Shown here piece by piece: positions 16,964-25,109 of a stretch of DNA of 34,629 bases. Every line of letters begins with the position of its first letter. The first letter of the stretch is position 1. This DNA comes from an uncultured bacterium (GTDB taxonomy: Bacteria; Eisenbacteria; RBG-16-71-46). The notes beneath the pieces were generated by a model. The model did not search any database and was not told where the DNA came from. It worked only from the letters and a program-made list of their open reading frames with translations. A program made the position numbers and the translations under genes. The stretch lies in assembly GCA_964398895.1 (NCBI GenBank), contig CAYNPF010000003.1:1-34629 (forward strand), in the 5' to 3' direction.

Positions 16964-18853
16964 CTACAGCATCTCCCGGAGCTTCAGCTTCACCCGCTTC
17001 GCCTTCCCCTCGCGCACGATGTCGAGCGCGTGGGAGCTGCCCTCGACGCCCTCGTCGAGGATCGCGGTGATGTCGGCGGGACCGAGCCCCGCCACCGCGC
17101 GGCCGTCGAGGGTGGTGACCACGTCGCCCTCGCGCAGGCCGGCCTTCTCGGCGGCCGAGCCGGGCAGCACCGCCGCCACCCGCACGGTGTCGGCGACGCG
17201 GGTGAGCTGCATCCCGGTCCGCGTCATCACGTCGCGGCGCGCGTAGCGCGCCCCCGGCTCGAGCCAGAGCTGGCGACGCTCGTAATCAATCGTCACCTTG
17301 AAGCGCTCGAGGATGCGGTTGCCGATGTTGCCGGCGTAGTCCTCGCTGGTGAACGCGCCGGCCGTGGCCTCGGCCAGCGAGACCAGCGGATCCGTCCACG
17401 CGTAGGGCCCGACCGCCAGCTTCTTCATGCGCACCATCCGGGTGGTGAACATGCCGCCGAAACCGCCGCCGCTCACGTCCACGCCGGGCGTGCGCCGCAT
17501 CAGGTCGTGCTGCTTCACGAACGGGGTGTGCAGGTCCACGGTGGAGCTGCTGCCCACGTCCACGCGGAAGTCGCCCTCGAAGGCGTCGTCCAGCTTCATC
17601 CGCACCACCGGGGTGTGGTTGGCCAGCGTCATCGGCAGGGCCTGGCCGGCGCCGGCGTAGTGGAAGGTCGCCGGGTCGTACAGGGTGAGCTGCCCGTGGT
17701 CGAAGTCGAGCTCGTCCACGAAGCGGCTGATGAAGTCGAAGCCGATGACGCCGGCGCAGTCGCGCCAGAAGTACGGGGCCAGCACCGGGTTCACGTTGAG
17801 CACGCCGACCTGCACGTCCTTCAGCTCGATGCCGTCGCCGTCCGCCGACTGGACCCGCAGCTTGGGCAGCACCGCGAACGAGGCTCCGCCGGTGGCGCCG
17901 GCCCCCTGCCCCTGCTGGCGCCCCTCGACGGCCAACCCGATGCGCGCGGCGTAGGCGCTGTCGAGCACGGTCATGCTGGCGCCGGTGTCGAAGACGAAGT
18001 CCTCGGGTGGTCCGTCGTTGACCGAGGCGCGCAGCCACACGTGGCGGGCGCGGTACTCGAACGGCAGGTGGGCCACGCCCGGGGTCTTCAGGTAGCGCAC
18101 CACCGCGACGTCGTCCGGCGCGCGGAAGGTGGCGGCGGCGATCTCCTCGCCGACCCACACGGAGTCGAGGGTCACCTGGATGGTGTTCATCGGCTGGCCG
18201 ACGATCTCGGTGGTCGTGCAGTACGCGAGCTTCGTGCCCGCGACCGTGCGGTAGTCGGAGAGCCGGTTGATCACGGTCTGCTGGTCGTTCTTCGCGACCT
18301 CCTTCATCAGCAGTCCCGAGCCGCGATCGAAGTACAGGCGCCGGGCGCGCCCCACCGGCGGCGCCAGGTCGAGCACGGCGTAGCGCCCGGCGGAATCCGC
18401 CTCCTCGCCGACCCAGATCACCCGGCCGCCGCCCTGGTCGGGCAGCAGCCAGCCGCCGGACTCGATCCACAGTCCGCCCTTCATCTCGTCGAGGTCCCTG
18501 CCGTCGAGGCGCAGGACCTTGCCGCCCCCGTCGGCGCGCCAGCCGGTGGTGCCGTCGTAGCCGGTGCTCATCTTCATCGGCCCGATCTGGAAGCGAGAGA
18601 GCGAGCGGTCGGGACGCACCGTCCACGATTCGAGCTGGCCGGTCATGCCGAAGGCCCGCAGCGTCGCGCGGGTGTGCAGGCTGTGCAGCTCGAGGAAGGC
18701 CGGACCGCCCATCGCCCGGACGTAGCGCTCGACCACCGGGCCGGCGTCGGGGTCCATCGCCGCGCGCGCGGCGGGGACGGCGGACAGGAACGGCAGCACC
18801 AGCGCGACGAGCGCGAGGGCGCCGCGGAGCGGACGGCGGACGGGACGGCGCAT
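16964..18853 (-). CDS. Secreted tandem retropepsin-like aspartyl protease with C-terminal PDZ domain
   Basis: Signal peptide RGALALVALVLPFLSAVPAARA. Two aspartyl-protease active-site motifs (FVFDTGASMTVLD and FRVDVGSSSTVDL). PDZ-like LPGSAAEKAGLREGDVVTTLDGRAV. The N-terminal region of about 230 aa is a beta-rich domain of unknown family. Confidence 0.8.
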   Translation of the reverse strand: MRRPVRRPLRGALALVALVLPFLSAVPAARAAMDPDAGPVVERYVRAMGGPAFLELHSLHTRATLRAFGMTGQLESWTVRPDRSLSRFQIGPMKMSTGYDGTTGWRADGGGKVLRLDGRDLDEMKGGLWIESGGWLLPDQGGGRVIWVGEEADSAGRYAVLDLAPPVGRARRLYFDRGSGLLMKEVAKNDQQTVINRLSDYRTVAGTKLAYCTTTEIVGQPMNTIQVTLDSVWVGEEIAAATFRAPDDVAVVRYLKTPGVAHLPFEYRARHVWLRASVNDGPPEDFVFDTGASMTVLDSAYAARIGLAVEGRQQGQGAGATGGASFAVLPKLRVQSADGDGIELKDVQVGVLNVNPVLAPYFWRDCAGVIGFDFISRFVDELDFDHGQLTLYDPATFHYAGAGQALPMTLANHTPVVRMKLDDAFEGDFRVDVGSSSTVDLHTPFVKQHDLMRRTPGVDVSGGGFGGMFTTRMVRMKKLAVGPYAWTDPLVSLAEATAGAFTSEDYAGNIGNRILERFKVTIDYERRQLWLEPGARYARRDVMTRTGMQLTRVADTVRVAAVLPGSAAEKAGLREGDVVTTLDGRAVAGLGPADITAILDEGVEGSSHALDIVREGKAKRVKLKLREML

Positions 18854-19010
18854 GAGACCCTCCGTGGAATTCGTGGACCGACGCGAGTCCGCGCAGCATA
18901 GCCCCTGCGCCGCGGGCGGGCGAGACGCCGGCGACGGGCGGGCGCGACGGGGCGCCGACGACGCGCACCGGCGACGGACGCGGTTCCGCTTGTCACGGGC
19001 TTGACGGGGT

Positions 19011-19040
19011 TTGCGGCGACGCGCGGGCCGCGCCTATGCT
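19011..19040 (+). promoter_or_regulatory. Putative sigma70-type promoter (TTGCGG-N18-TATGCT) for the small OMP gene
   Basis: The hexamers and spacing were read directly from the sequence, 44 nt upstream of the ATG at 19084, which has an AGGAGGA Shine-Dalgarno. Confidence 0.3.
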
Positions 19041-19083
19041 GCGAGCGCGATCCACCCTGCTCCCCGACGCCAGGAGGAACGAG

Positions 19084-19575
19084 ATGACCAGGAAGTCCCT
19101 GTGGGCCGCGGTCCTGGCCCTGCTGCTGCTGCCCGCGCTCGCGCTGGCCGCCTCCACCGTCGCCATGGACCCCGGCGTGCGCGCGGGCATCAGCCTCGAC
19201 CCCGACCAGTTCGTCTTCGGCGGCCAGCTCTCCTTCCGCGGGCTCGCCCCCGACTGGACCTTCGATCCGAGCCTCGAGATCGGCCTGGGCGACGACGTGA
19301 CCACCATCGCCTTCAACCTCGACGCCCTCTACCGCATGCGCCTCTCCGGCTCGGACTGGAGCCCCTACGTGGGCGGCGGGCTGGGGCTGATCTCCGTCAG
19401 CCACGACGAGAAGCCGGGCGTGCACGACGACACCGACAACGACGCCGGACTGAACGCGGTGATCGGCTTCCGCGTGCCCACGCGCGGCGGGCAGCACTGG
19501 TTCACCGAGATGCGCGTCGGCATCGGCGACCTGCCCGATCTCAAGGTGGTCGGCGGATTCTCCTTCGGCCGCTGA
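19084..19575 (+). CDS. Small outer-membrane beta-barrel protein (about 8-strand class)
   Basis: AGGAGGA Shine-Dalgarno and signal peptide MTRKSLWAAVLALLLLPALALAAS. Short alternating strands rich in G and aromatics (SPYVGGGLGLISV, LNAVIGFRV), ending VVGGFSFGR. Confidence 0.7.
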   Translation: MTRKSLWAAVLALLLLPALALAASTVAMDPGVRAGISLDPDQFVFGGQLSFRGLAPDWTFDPSLEIGLGDDVTTIAFNLDALYRMRLSGSDWSPYVGGGLGLISVSHDEKPGVHDDTDNDAGLNAVIGFRVPTRGGQHWFTEMRVGIGDLPDLKVVGGFSFGR

Positions 19576-19596
19576 GTCGCGGGACGCGACGACGAC

Positions 19597-19622
19597 GGGC
19601 GCCGGTCTCGCGACCGGCGCCC
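19597..19622. terminator. Bidirectional stem-loop between convergent OMP and dsbD genes
   Basis: Perfect 11-bp stem GGGCGCCGGTC (19597-19607) / GACCGGCGCCC (19612-19622) with a 4-nt loop. Confidence 0.5.
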
Positions 19623-19653
19623 GTGGTGTCTCCACCCACCGCCCGGCGGGCAA

Positions 19654-21495
19654 TCAGCGCGCCGCCGCGGTCTCCATCCGCTCCAGGAACGGTCCCGGCG
19701 GCAGGAAGCCGACGACGCGCGCCGCGCGCACTTCGCCGGCCCGGTTGAAGAAGAGGATCTCGGGCACGCCGGTGACGTGGTAGCGGTCGCGCAGCGAACG
19801 CGAGGCGGGCGAGTCGTAGCGCGTCAGGTCCACGCGGAAGACGGCGAAGTCGCGCGAGCGGGCGATCACGCGGGGATCGCTGAAGGTCGAACGCTCCAGC
19901 TCGTGGCAGGGCAGGCACCACGCGGCGGAGAAGTCGAGCATCACCGGCCGGTTCGCCGCCAGCGCCGCGCGGACCGCCGCCTCGTCGTAGGGCGCGAAGC
20001 GGATGCCCTCGGCGTGCAGCGCCAGCACCACCGGCACGGCGGCCAGCAGCGCCGCCGTCCCCAGCGCCCGCTTGAACCAGCGGAAGCCCGGCTTCGCCGC
20101 GCCGTGCCGGTCCACGAAGCCGAGGTAGACCCCGCCCAGCAGCAGCGCCGCCGGCAGCACCCACGGCGCCAGCGCCGGGGCCAGCCCGACCAGCGCGTAG
20201 TAGACGCCGATGGCGGCCAGCAGGATGCCGAACAGCTTCTTCACCCACAGCATCCAGTCGCCGGAGCGCGGCAGGCTCTGGATCAGGTTGGAGAACAGCG
20301 CCAGGAACAGGTAGGGCAGCCCGAGGCCCAGCGACAGCACGAACATGGTCTGGAAGCCAAACAGCGCGTCACCGCGCTGCGCCAGCAGCGCCAGCACCGC
20401 GACCACGAAGGGCCCGACGCAGGGCGCGGCGATGATCCCCACCGCCAGGCCGGAGAGGAAGATGCCGGCCAGCGAGGTGGCGTCGGCGCCGCCGAGGCGC
20501 TGCAGCACCCAGGCCGGCGGCTGCATCTCGTAGAGGCCGAACATGGACAACGACAGCACGACGAACAGCACACCGAGGCCGACGCTCACCCACGCGCTCT
20601 GCAGCGCGGCGCCGAACAGGCCGCCGGTGAGCGCCGCGATCACGCCCAGCACCGAGTAGGTGACGGCGATCCCCAGCACGTAGGCGACGGCGTGGAGCAG
20701 GGTCTTGCCCGCCCGCTCGCGCTTGCGGGCGCCGAAGACCGAGACGGTCACGCCGATCATCGGGAACACGCAGGGCGTCAGGTTCAGCGCCAGGCCACCG
20801 AGGAAGAGCACGAGGAACCACCACAGCCCGCCGCGCTCGAGCGCGCCGGCGAGGCGCCCGGCCTCGGCGTGCGCCGGCGCCGCCGGCTCGCCGGCCGGCG
20901 CGGGGGCCGGCGATTCGACCGGCGCGGCCGCGGCCGGCGCGCGCGTCACCGCGGTGTCGGCCGGCGGCGGATTCGGCGCGGCCGCCGAGGCGGCGGCACC
21001 GCCCGTCACCGTGACCTCGACGCGGAAGGACAGGCTCGCCGGCGCCAGGCAGACCTCGTCGTTGCACGACTGGTAGCGCACCGTGCCGCGCAGCGTGTGC
21101 GCGCCGTCGCGCGCGTCGCGGGCCGCGGCCAGGGTGACGGTGGCGGTCACCGTCCCGTCGTAGACCGAGAGCGGGTGCTCGTCGAATCCCAGCTTCACCC
21201 GGCGCGCCTCCGGGTAGCTCACCCCGCGCGCCGTCAGCCCGGCCGCGCCCTCGAGCTTCACCACCGTGGGGATGAGGTAGTCGGGGGCGGGCGGATTGGC
21301 GTTGACGTGCCAGCCGGGCGCGATCTCGAGGACCACCGGGACCGACACGCTCGAGCCCGCGGCCACCTGCACGGGTTCGCAGCGGACGTGGACCACCTCG
21401 GCGGCCGACTGGGCCCGTGCCGGCGCCGACCACGCCACCGCCAGGGCCGCAGCCAGCGTCATCCCCATCCGCCAACGTCCGCAGGTCCTGCTCAT
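19654..21495 (-). CDS. dsbD: Thiol:disulfide interchange protein DsbD (alpha domain + CcdA-like TM core + thioredoxin domain)
   Basis: TM cysteines in LTPCVFPMI and AAPCVGPF. C-terminal thioredoxin motif AAWCLPCHELE. N-terminal secreted domain with VRCEP...YQSCNDEVCLAP. GGGAGGAG Shine-Dalgarno. Confidence 0.9.
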   Translation of the reverse strand: MSRTCGRWRMGMTLAAALAVAWSAPARAQSAAEVVHVRCEPVQVAAGSSVSVPVVLEIAPGWHVNANPPAPDYLIPTVVKLEGAAGLTARGVSYPEARRVKLGFDEHPLSVYDGTVTATVTLAAARDARDGAHTLRGTVRYQSCNDEVCLAPASLSFRVEVTVTGGAAASAAAPNPPPADTAVTRAPAAAAPVESPAPAPAGEPAAPAHAEAGRLAGALERGGLWWFLVLFLGGLALNLTPCVFPMIGVTVSVFGARKRERAGKTLLHAVAYVLGIAVTYSVLGVIAALTGGLFGAALQSAWVSVGLGVLFVVLSLSMFGLYEMQPPAWVLQRLGGADATSLAGIFLSGLAVGIIAAPCVGPFVVAVLALLAQRGDALFGFQTMFVLSLGLGLPYLFLALFSNLIQSLPRSGDWMLWVKKLFGILLAAIGVYYALVGLAPALAPWVLPAALLLGGVYLGFVDRHGAAKPGFRWFKRALGTAALLAAVPVVLALHAEGIRFAPYDEAAVRAALAANRPVMLDFSAAWCLPCHELERSTFSDPRVIARSRDFAVFRVDLTRYDSPASRSLRDRYHVTGVPEILFFNRAGEVRAARVVGFLPPGPFLERMETAAAR

Positions 21496-21620
21496 CGCTC
21501 CTCCCGGTGTCCGGGGCCCGTGCTCGCGCGACCGCTCCCGCCATCGCGGGGACGGAGAGCCTACCAGACGGGGACCGGGAAGCTGTCAGCGCGGCGCAAG
21601 GTCGCCGCCGCCGGCGAGCA

Positions 21621-22199
21621 TCAGTGCCGGACGGGAGCGCCCGCGCGCAGGCGCGGCTCCGGCGCCGGGCCGCTGCTCCAGCGGTAGATGGCCAGGCCCG
21701 CCCACCAGGCGACGGGCAGCCCGGCCAGGCCCAGTCCGCCCAGCACGTAGGGATCGGCGAAGACCGCCAGGCCCGGCCAACTCGCGGGCGGCCCGGGCAG
21801 GCGCAGGACGCCCCCCAGCGCCGAGCCCGACAGCACCCGCCAGGCCACCGGAGCCACGCGCGACAGCAGCGGGTACTGCCAGAGCACGAGGGCGGCGAGG
21901 GCGGCGGCCAGGACCGCGGCGGGATCGGCCAGCGCGCGCACCCACCAGGGCAGCACGTCGCTCACCACCCAGGTCGCGGCCTGCCGGCGACCGGTCCGCG
22001 CCACGCCGGCCATGACCCGATCGGCGAAGTCCGCCGGAGCGGCGACCAGCGCGCGCTCCAGCGCCCGATCGAGCGCGCGCGCGTCCGCCAGCGCCGCGGC
22101 GCACCGGGCGCAGGCGGCGGCGTGTGCCGCGTGGGCGGCGGCCCCGTCCGCGGGCATGCCGTCGTCGAGCCAGCGCGCGAAGCCGGCGCAGTCGTTCAC
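21621..22199 (-). CDS. Membrane-anchored zinc-type (zf-HC2, ZAS-like) anti-sigma factor
   Basis: The GTG at 22199 overlaps the sigma factor TGA (GTGA). The N-terminus VNDCAGFARWL...HAAACARC contains the HxxxCxxC motif, followed by hydrophobic segments (AAVLAAALAALVLW, LGGLGLAGLPVAWWAGLAIY). Confidence 0.75.
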   Translation of the reverse strand: MNDCAGFARWLDDGMPADGAAAHAAHAAACARCAAALADARALDRALERALVAAPADFADRVMAGVARTGRRQAATWVVSDVLPWWVRALADPAAVLAAALAALVLWQYPLLSRVAPVAWRVLSGSALGGVLRLPGPPASWPGLAVFADPYVLGGLGLAGLPVAWWAGLAIYRWSSGPAPEPRLRAGAPVRH

Positions 22200-22774
22200 G
22201 CGTCCTCCCCCCAGGCCCCGCGCAGGGCGGCCCGCGCCCGCGACAGGTGCGTCTTCACCGTGTTCTCCGGCATGCCCATGATCGCCGCCACCTGCTCCAC
22301 GGACCGATCCTCGTAGTAGTACAGCGTCACCGCCATCCGCTGGGCCACCGGCAGCGCGGCCACCATCCGCTCGAGCCGCCGGGCCCGGCTCGCGGTCTCG
22401 TGGTCCTCCGCGCCCGGCGGCGCCGCGGCCGCCTCGGCCCGGGCCGCGGCCTCCTCGCCCCCCACCTCGCGCCCGCGCCGCGAGCGCATCTGGTCGAGCC
22501 GGTCGAGGGCCCGACGGGCCACGATGCGGTGCAGCCAGGTGCCGAAGCTCGAGTCGCCGCGGAAGCGCGCCAGCGCCAGCCATGCGCGCAGGAACGCGTC
22601 CTGGGCGACCTCCTCCGCGTCGGCGGGCGAGCGCGTGATGCGCAGGGCGAGCGCGTAGGCCCGGTCCTGGTGCAACACGACCAGCTCGCGGAACGCGGAC
22701 TGGTCCCCGCCCCGCGAGCGCTCGAGCAGGGAGCGGATGCGCGCCTCCCGGGCGTCCCGCGACTCGGGGTCCAT
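22196..22774 (-). CDS. ECF-type RNA polymerase sigma factor
   Basis: Region 2 is RAYALALRITRSPADAEEVAQDAFLRAWLAL. Region 4 is LPVAQRMAVTLYYYEDRSVEQVAAIMGMPENTVKTHLSRARAAL. I moved the start to the ATG at 22774 (GTG 22777 also possible), because the track's TTG at 22813 lies inside a promoter -35 element. Confidence 0.9.
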   Translation of the reverse strand: MDPESRDAREARIRSLLERSRGGDQSAFRELVVLHQDRAYALALRITRSPADAEEVAQDAFLRAWLALARFRGDSSFGTWLHRIVARRALDRLDQMRSRRGREVGGEEAAARAEAAAAPPGAEDHETASRARRLERMVAALPVAQRMAVTLYYYEDRSVEQVAAIMGMPENTVKTHLSRARAALRGAWGEDA

Positions 22775-22780
22775 CACGCC

Positions 22781-22812
22781 CTTGGACCGGTCCTGCGGCT
22801 CGTCCGGTTTCA
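22781..22812 (-). promoter_or_regulatory. ECF-type promoter TGAAACC-N18-GTCCAAG (autoregulatory, sigma/anti-sigma operon)
   Basis: The minus strand reads TTGAAACCGGACGAGCCGCAGGACCGGTCCAAGGGCGTGATG. The -35 and -10 blocks and the spacing are identical to the divergent copy at 22847-22878. The ATG lies 6 nt past the motif, which suggests a leaderless or near-leaderless mRNA. Confidence 0.6.
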
Positions 22813-22846
22813 AGCTCCGCGTCCCCCGGGGTCCTCCGCCAGGCCC

Positions 22847-22878
22847 TGAAACCCGCCCACCGGGAGGCCCCGTCCAAG
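22847..22878 (+). promoter_or_regulatory. ECF-type promoter TGAAACC-N18-GTCCAAG driving the two paralogous membrane-protein genes
   Basis: The plus strand reads CTGAAACCCGCCCACCGGGAGGCCCCGTCCAAGTGG. It shares the 7+18+7 architecture of the minus-strand copy and lies about 70 nt upstream of the ATG at 22951. Confidence 0.6.
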
Positions 22879-22950
22879 TGGTTGAAGCAGCGCAGACCGG
22901 CCAGCCCGCCCGGCCGGCCCACTATAGACCAGAAGGGAGGTCCCACGACC

Positions 22951-23385
22951 ATGCTGATCGGAGACATCGGACCCGACGTCGTCGCCCCGATCCTCGTCTT
23001 CGCCATCCCCATCATCGCCATCGTCGGCGGCATCACCGCCGGGATCGTGCGGACCATCAGCCGGCACCGCATCATCGAGCTGGCGCAGCGCGAGCGTATC
23101 GCCATGATCGAGCGCGGCCTCGATCCCACCAAGCTCCCGCCGCTGCCGATCCAGGAGATCACCGAGGACACCCCGCTGCTCTCCCCCGCGGACTCGGCGC
23201 GGCGCCGCGCGCAGGGACTGATGATCGGCGGACTCGTCACCCTGGCGGTCGGCCTGTCGCTGAGCGTGATGCTGTACTTCATCGCCGACGAGGCCAACGT
23301 GTGGTCGGTCGGCCTCATCCCCGGCGCCATCGGCGTGGCGCTGCTGATCAGCGCGCTGCTGGTGCGTCCGCGCAACGGGAACTAG
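22951..23385 (+). CDS. Small 3-TM membrane protein, ECF-associated (DUF6249-like, tentative)
   Basis: GGGAGG Shine-Dalgarno. An N-terminal TM segment (ILVFAIPIIAIVGGITAGIV) is followed by a basic amphipathic segment RHRIIELAQRERIAMIERGLDP and then two C-terminal TM segments. It is a paralog of the next gene. Confidence 0.6.
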   Translation: MLIGDIGPDVVAPILVFAIPIIAIVGGITAGIVRTISRHRIIELAQRERIAMIERGLDPTKLPPLPIQEITEDTPLLSPADSARRRAQGLMIGGLVTLAVGLSLSVMLYFIADEANVWSVGLIPGAIGVALLISALLVRPRNGN

Positions 23386-23394
23386 GGGCGCGCC

Positions 23395-23814
23395 ATGTGC
23401 TGCTTCGAAGGGGACTGGCCCGGGTCCATGATGGTCCTCGCCATCCCGGTGGTGTTGGTGACGGGATGGCTCCTGGCCAGCGTGATCCGCGCCATCAGTG
23501 CGCATCGCCTGCTCGAGGCGGCGATGCGCGAGCGCGTCGCCCTGCTGGCGCACGGGACCGACCCGGCGCGGCTGCCCGCGCTCAGCCGTCTCGGCGGCCT
23601 CGGCACCGATGCCGCCGGGTACGATCGCTACCGCGCGCAGGGCCTGATGGTGTGGGGCTTCGCCCTGCTGGCGGGCGGCACCGCACTCGCGCTCGTCGGC
23701 TACCTGCTCGACGCGTGGACCGATCCGGACTGGACGATCGGCGTCGTGGCGGCCTCGATCGGCCTGGCGCTGCTGGCGGGCGGCGCGATCATCTGGCCAC
23801 GCGGCCGGAGCTGA
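23395..23814 (+). CDS. Paralogous small 3-TM membrane protein
   Basis: It aligns by eye with the preceding gene: MMVLAIPVVLVTGWLLASVIRAISAHRLLEAAMRERVALLAHGTDPARLPAL against ILVFAIPIIAIVGGITAGIVRTISRHRIIELAQRERIAMIERGLDPTKLPPL. The C-terminal two-TM region (RAQGLM...) is also shared. Confidence 0.6.
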   Translation: MCCFEGDWPGSMMVLAIPVVLVTGWLLASVIRAISAHRLLEAAMRERVALLAHGTDPARLPALSRLGGLGTDAAGYDRYRAQGLMVWGFALLAGGTALALVGYLLDAWTDPDWTIGVVAASIGLALLAGGAIIWPRGRS

Positions 23815-23830
23815 CGCGGGAACGCACGAC

Positions 23831-23861
23831 GGCCCGGTCCCCGACCTCCCGGGACCGGGCC
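23831..23861. terminator. Bidirectional stem-loop between convergent genes
   Basis: Perfect 11-bp stem GGCCCGGTCCC (23831-23841) / GGGACCGGGCC (23851-23861) with a 9-nt loop. Confidence 0.5.
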
Positions 23862-23883
23862 GTTCGCGCGCCCCGGCTCGCCG

Positions 23884-25014
23884 CTAACGCGTCATCCGCC
23901 AGAGGGCGAGCGGGTCGGCGTACACCGAGGCGGTGTGCCGGATGACCCGCGGCAGATCGGCGGCCTGCGGGTACTCGGCGTAGTCGAAGCGGATGCCGGC
24001 CACGCCGGCGATCGGCAGGCCGACGCCCACACCCCAGGCGAGGTCCTCGATGCCGCCCTCGCGATCGGTCACGTGGCCGACGCGCGCCGAGAGCACGTTC
24101 AGCAGGGTGATCTCGGCACCGACGTGCGTGACGTCGTAGCCCGCGTCCTCGTCATCCCCCGCCTGCACGTGCTCGGCATCCCAGGCCCCGCCGAGCGAGA
24201 CCAGGGGATCGAGTCCGCGCAGCAACCCGCCCCAGCCGGCCGGGCGGCCGACGGCGAGACGCAGCGAGCCGCCGAGGTTCCGCAGGCGCGAGGGCGGGAC
24301 CTCCTCCAGGAAGCGGAAGGTGACGTCGTTGGCGTTGAGCACTGCGGCGCCGAAGGCGGCGTCCATGCGGACCGGGAGGAACCCCGACACCGGCCCGCCA
24401 AAGTCGTACCCGGCGCGCGCCAGCAGCCCGACGTCGTAGCAGGGACCCGAGGCGTCAATGGGGAATCCTGTGAAGCCCATCTCCACCGACTTGCGGGCGA
24501 TCCCGAATGCCAGGTCGAAGTTGCGCCCGAGGCCCGCCAGTCGCGAGCCGGGCGCCAGTCCGTCCGCCAGGCCGGCCAGGCTCACCCCCACGGCTTCGAG
24601 ACGGACCTTCTCGTAGCTGTGATAGACCCCGATGACCTCCCCACCCTCGCCCACCTCGATGCTCTTGCCGTAGTCGAGCTGGCCGTGTCCCCCCATGATG
24701 CCCACGCCGCAGGCGCCCAGCGTGACGCGATTGGATTCGAGGAACACGTCGCTGGCCAGCCCGGGCACGAGTTGGCTCCAGGCCTGTTGGTAGCGCACGC
24801 CCCGGTAGTAGCCGAGCAGCGCCGGGTTGGCCCAGATGTTGGGCTCGGCGCTCCAGAAGACCGCGGCGCTGGCGCCGCCCATCCCCGAGGAGATGGCCGA
24901 GCCGTCAATGTCCAGACCGCGGGCCGTGCCCTGGGCGGCGGCGGGGGACGGCAGGACGAGGAGGAGGGCGGCGGAGGCGATGAGGCCCGGGACGATCCGG
25001 CGGGTCGTGCGCAT
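23884..25014 (-). CDS. Outer-membrane beta-barrel protein, PorV/PorQ- or FadL-like (tentative)
   Basis: The ATG at 25014 gives the signal peptide MRTTRRIVPGLIASAALLLVLPSPAAAQ. The N-terminal motif SSGMGGASAAVFWSAEPNIWANPALL resembles the GMGGA...NPAGL motif of PorV-type barrels. A long amphipathic strand pattern follows. The track ORF extension to 25317 was rejected. Confidence 0.65.
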   Translation of the reverse strand: MRTTRRIVPGLIASAALLLVLPSPAAAQGTARGLDIDGSAISSGMGGASAAVFWSAEPNIWANPALLGYYRGVRYQQAWSQLVPGLASDVFLESNRVTLGACGVGIMGGHGQLDYGKSIEVGEGGEVIGVYHSYEKVRLEAVGVSLAGLADGLAPGSRLAGLGRNFDLAFGIARKSVEMGFTGFPIDASGPCYDVGLLARAGYDFGGPVSGFLPVRMDAAFGAAVLNANDVTFRFLEEVPPSRLRNLGGSLRLAVGRPAGWGGLLRGLDPLVSLGGAWDAEHVQAGDDEDAGYDVTHVGAEITLLNVLSARVGHVTDREGGIEDLAWGVGVGLPIAGVAGIRFDYAEYPQAADLPRVIRHTASVYADPLALWRMTR

Positions 25015-25109
25015 GAGGGGCTCCGGGTAGGGAAGCGAGAGGATTCCCGCGACCGCGACCAGCCTACCCCGCTCCGCGCGGGCGCGTCCATACCCGCGCA
25101 CGGGCGCTC

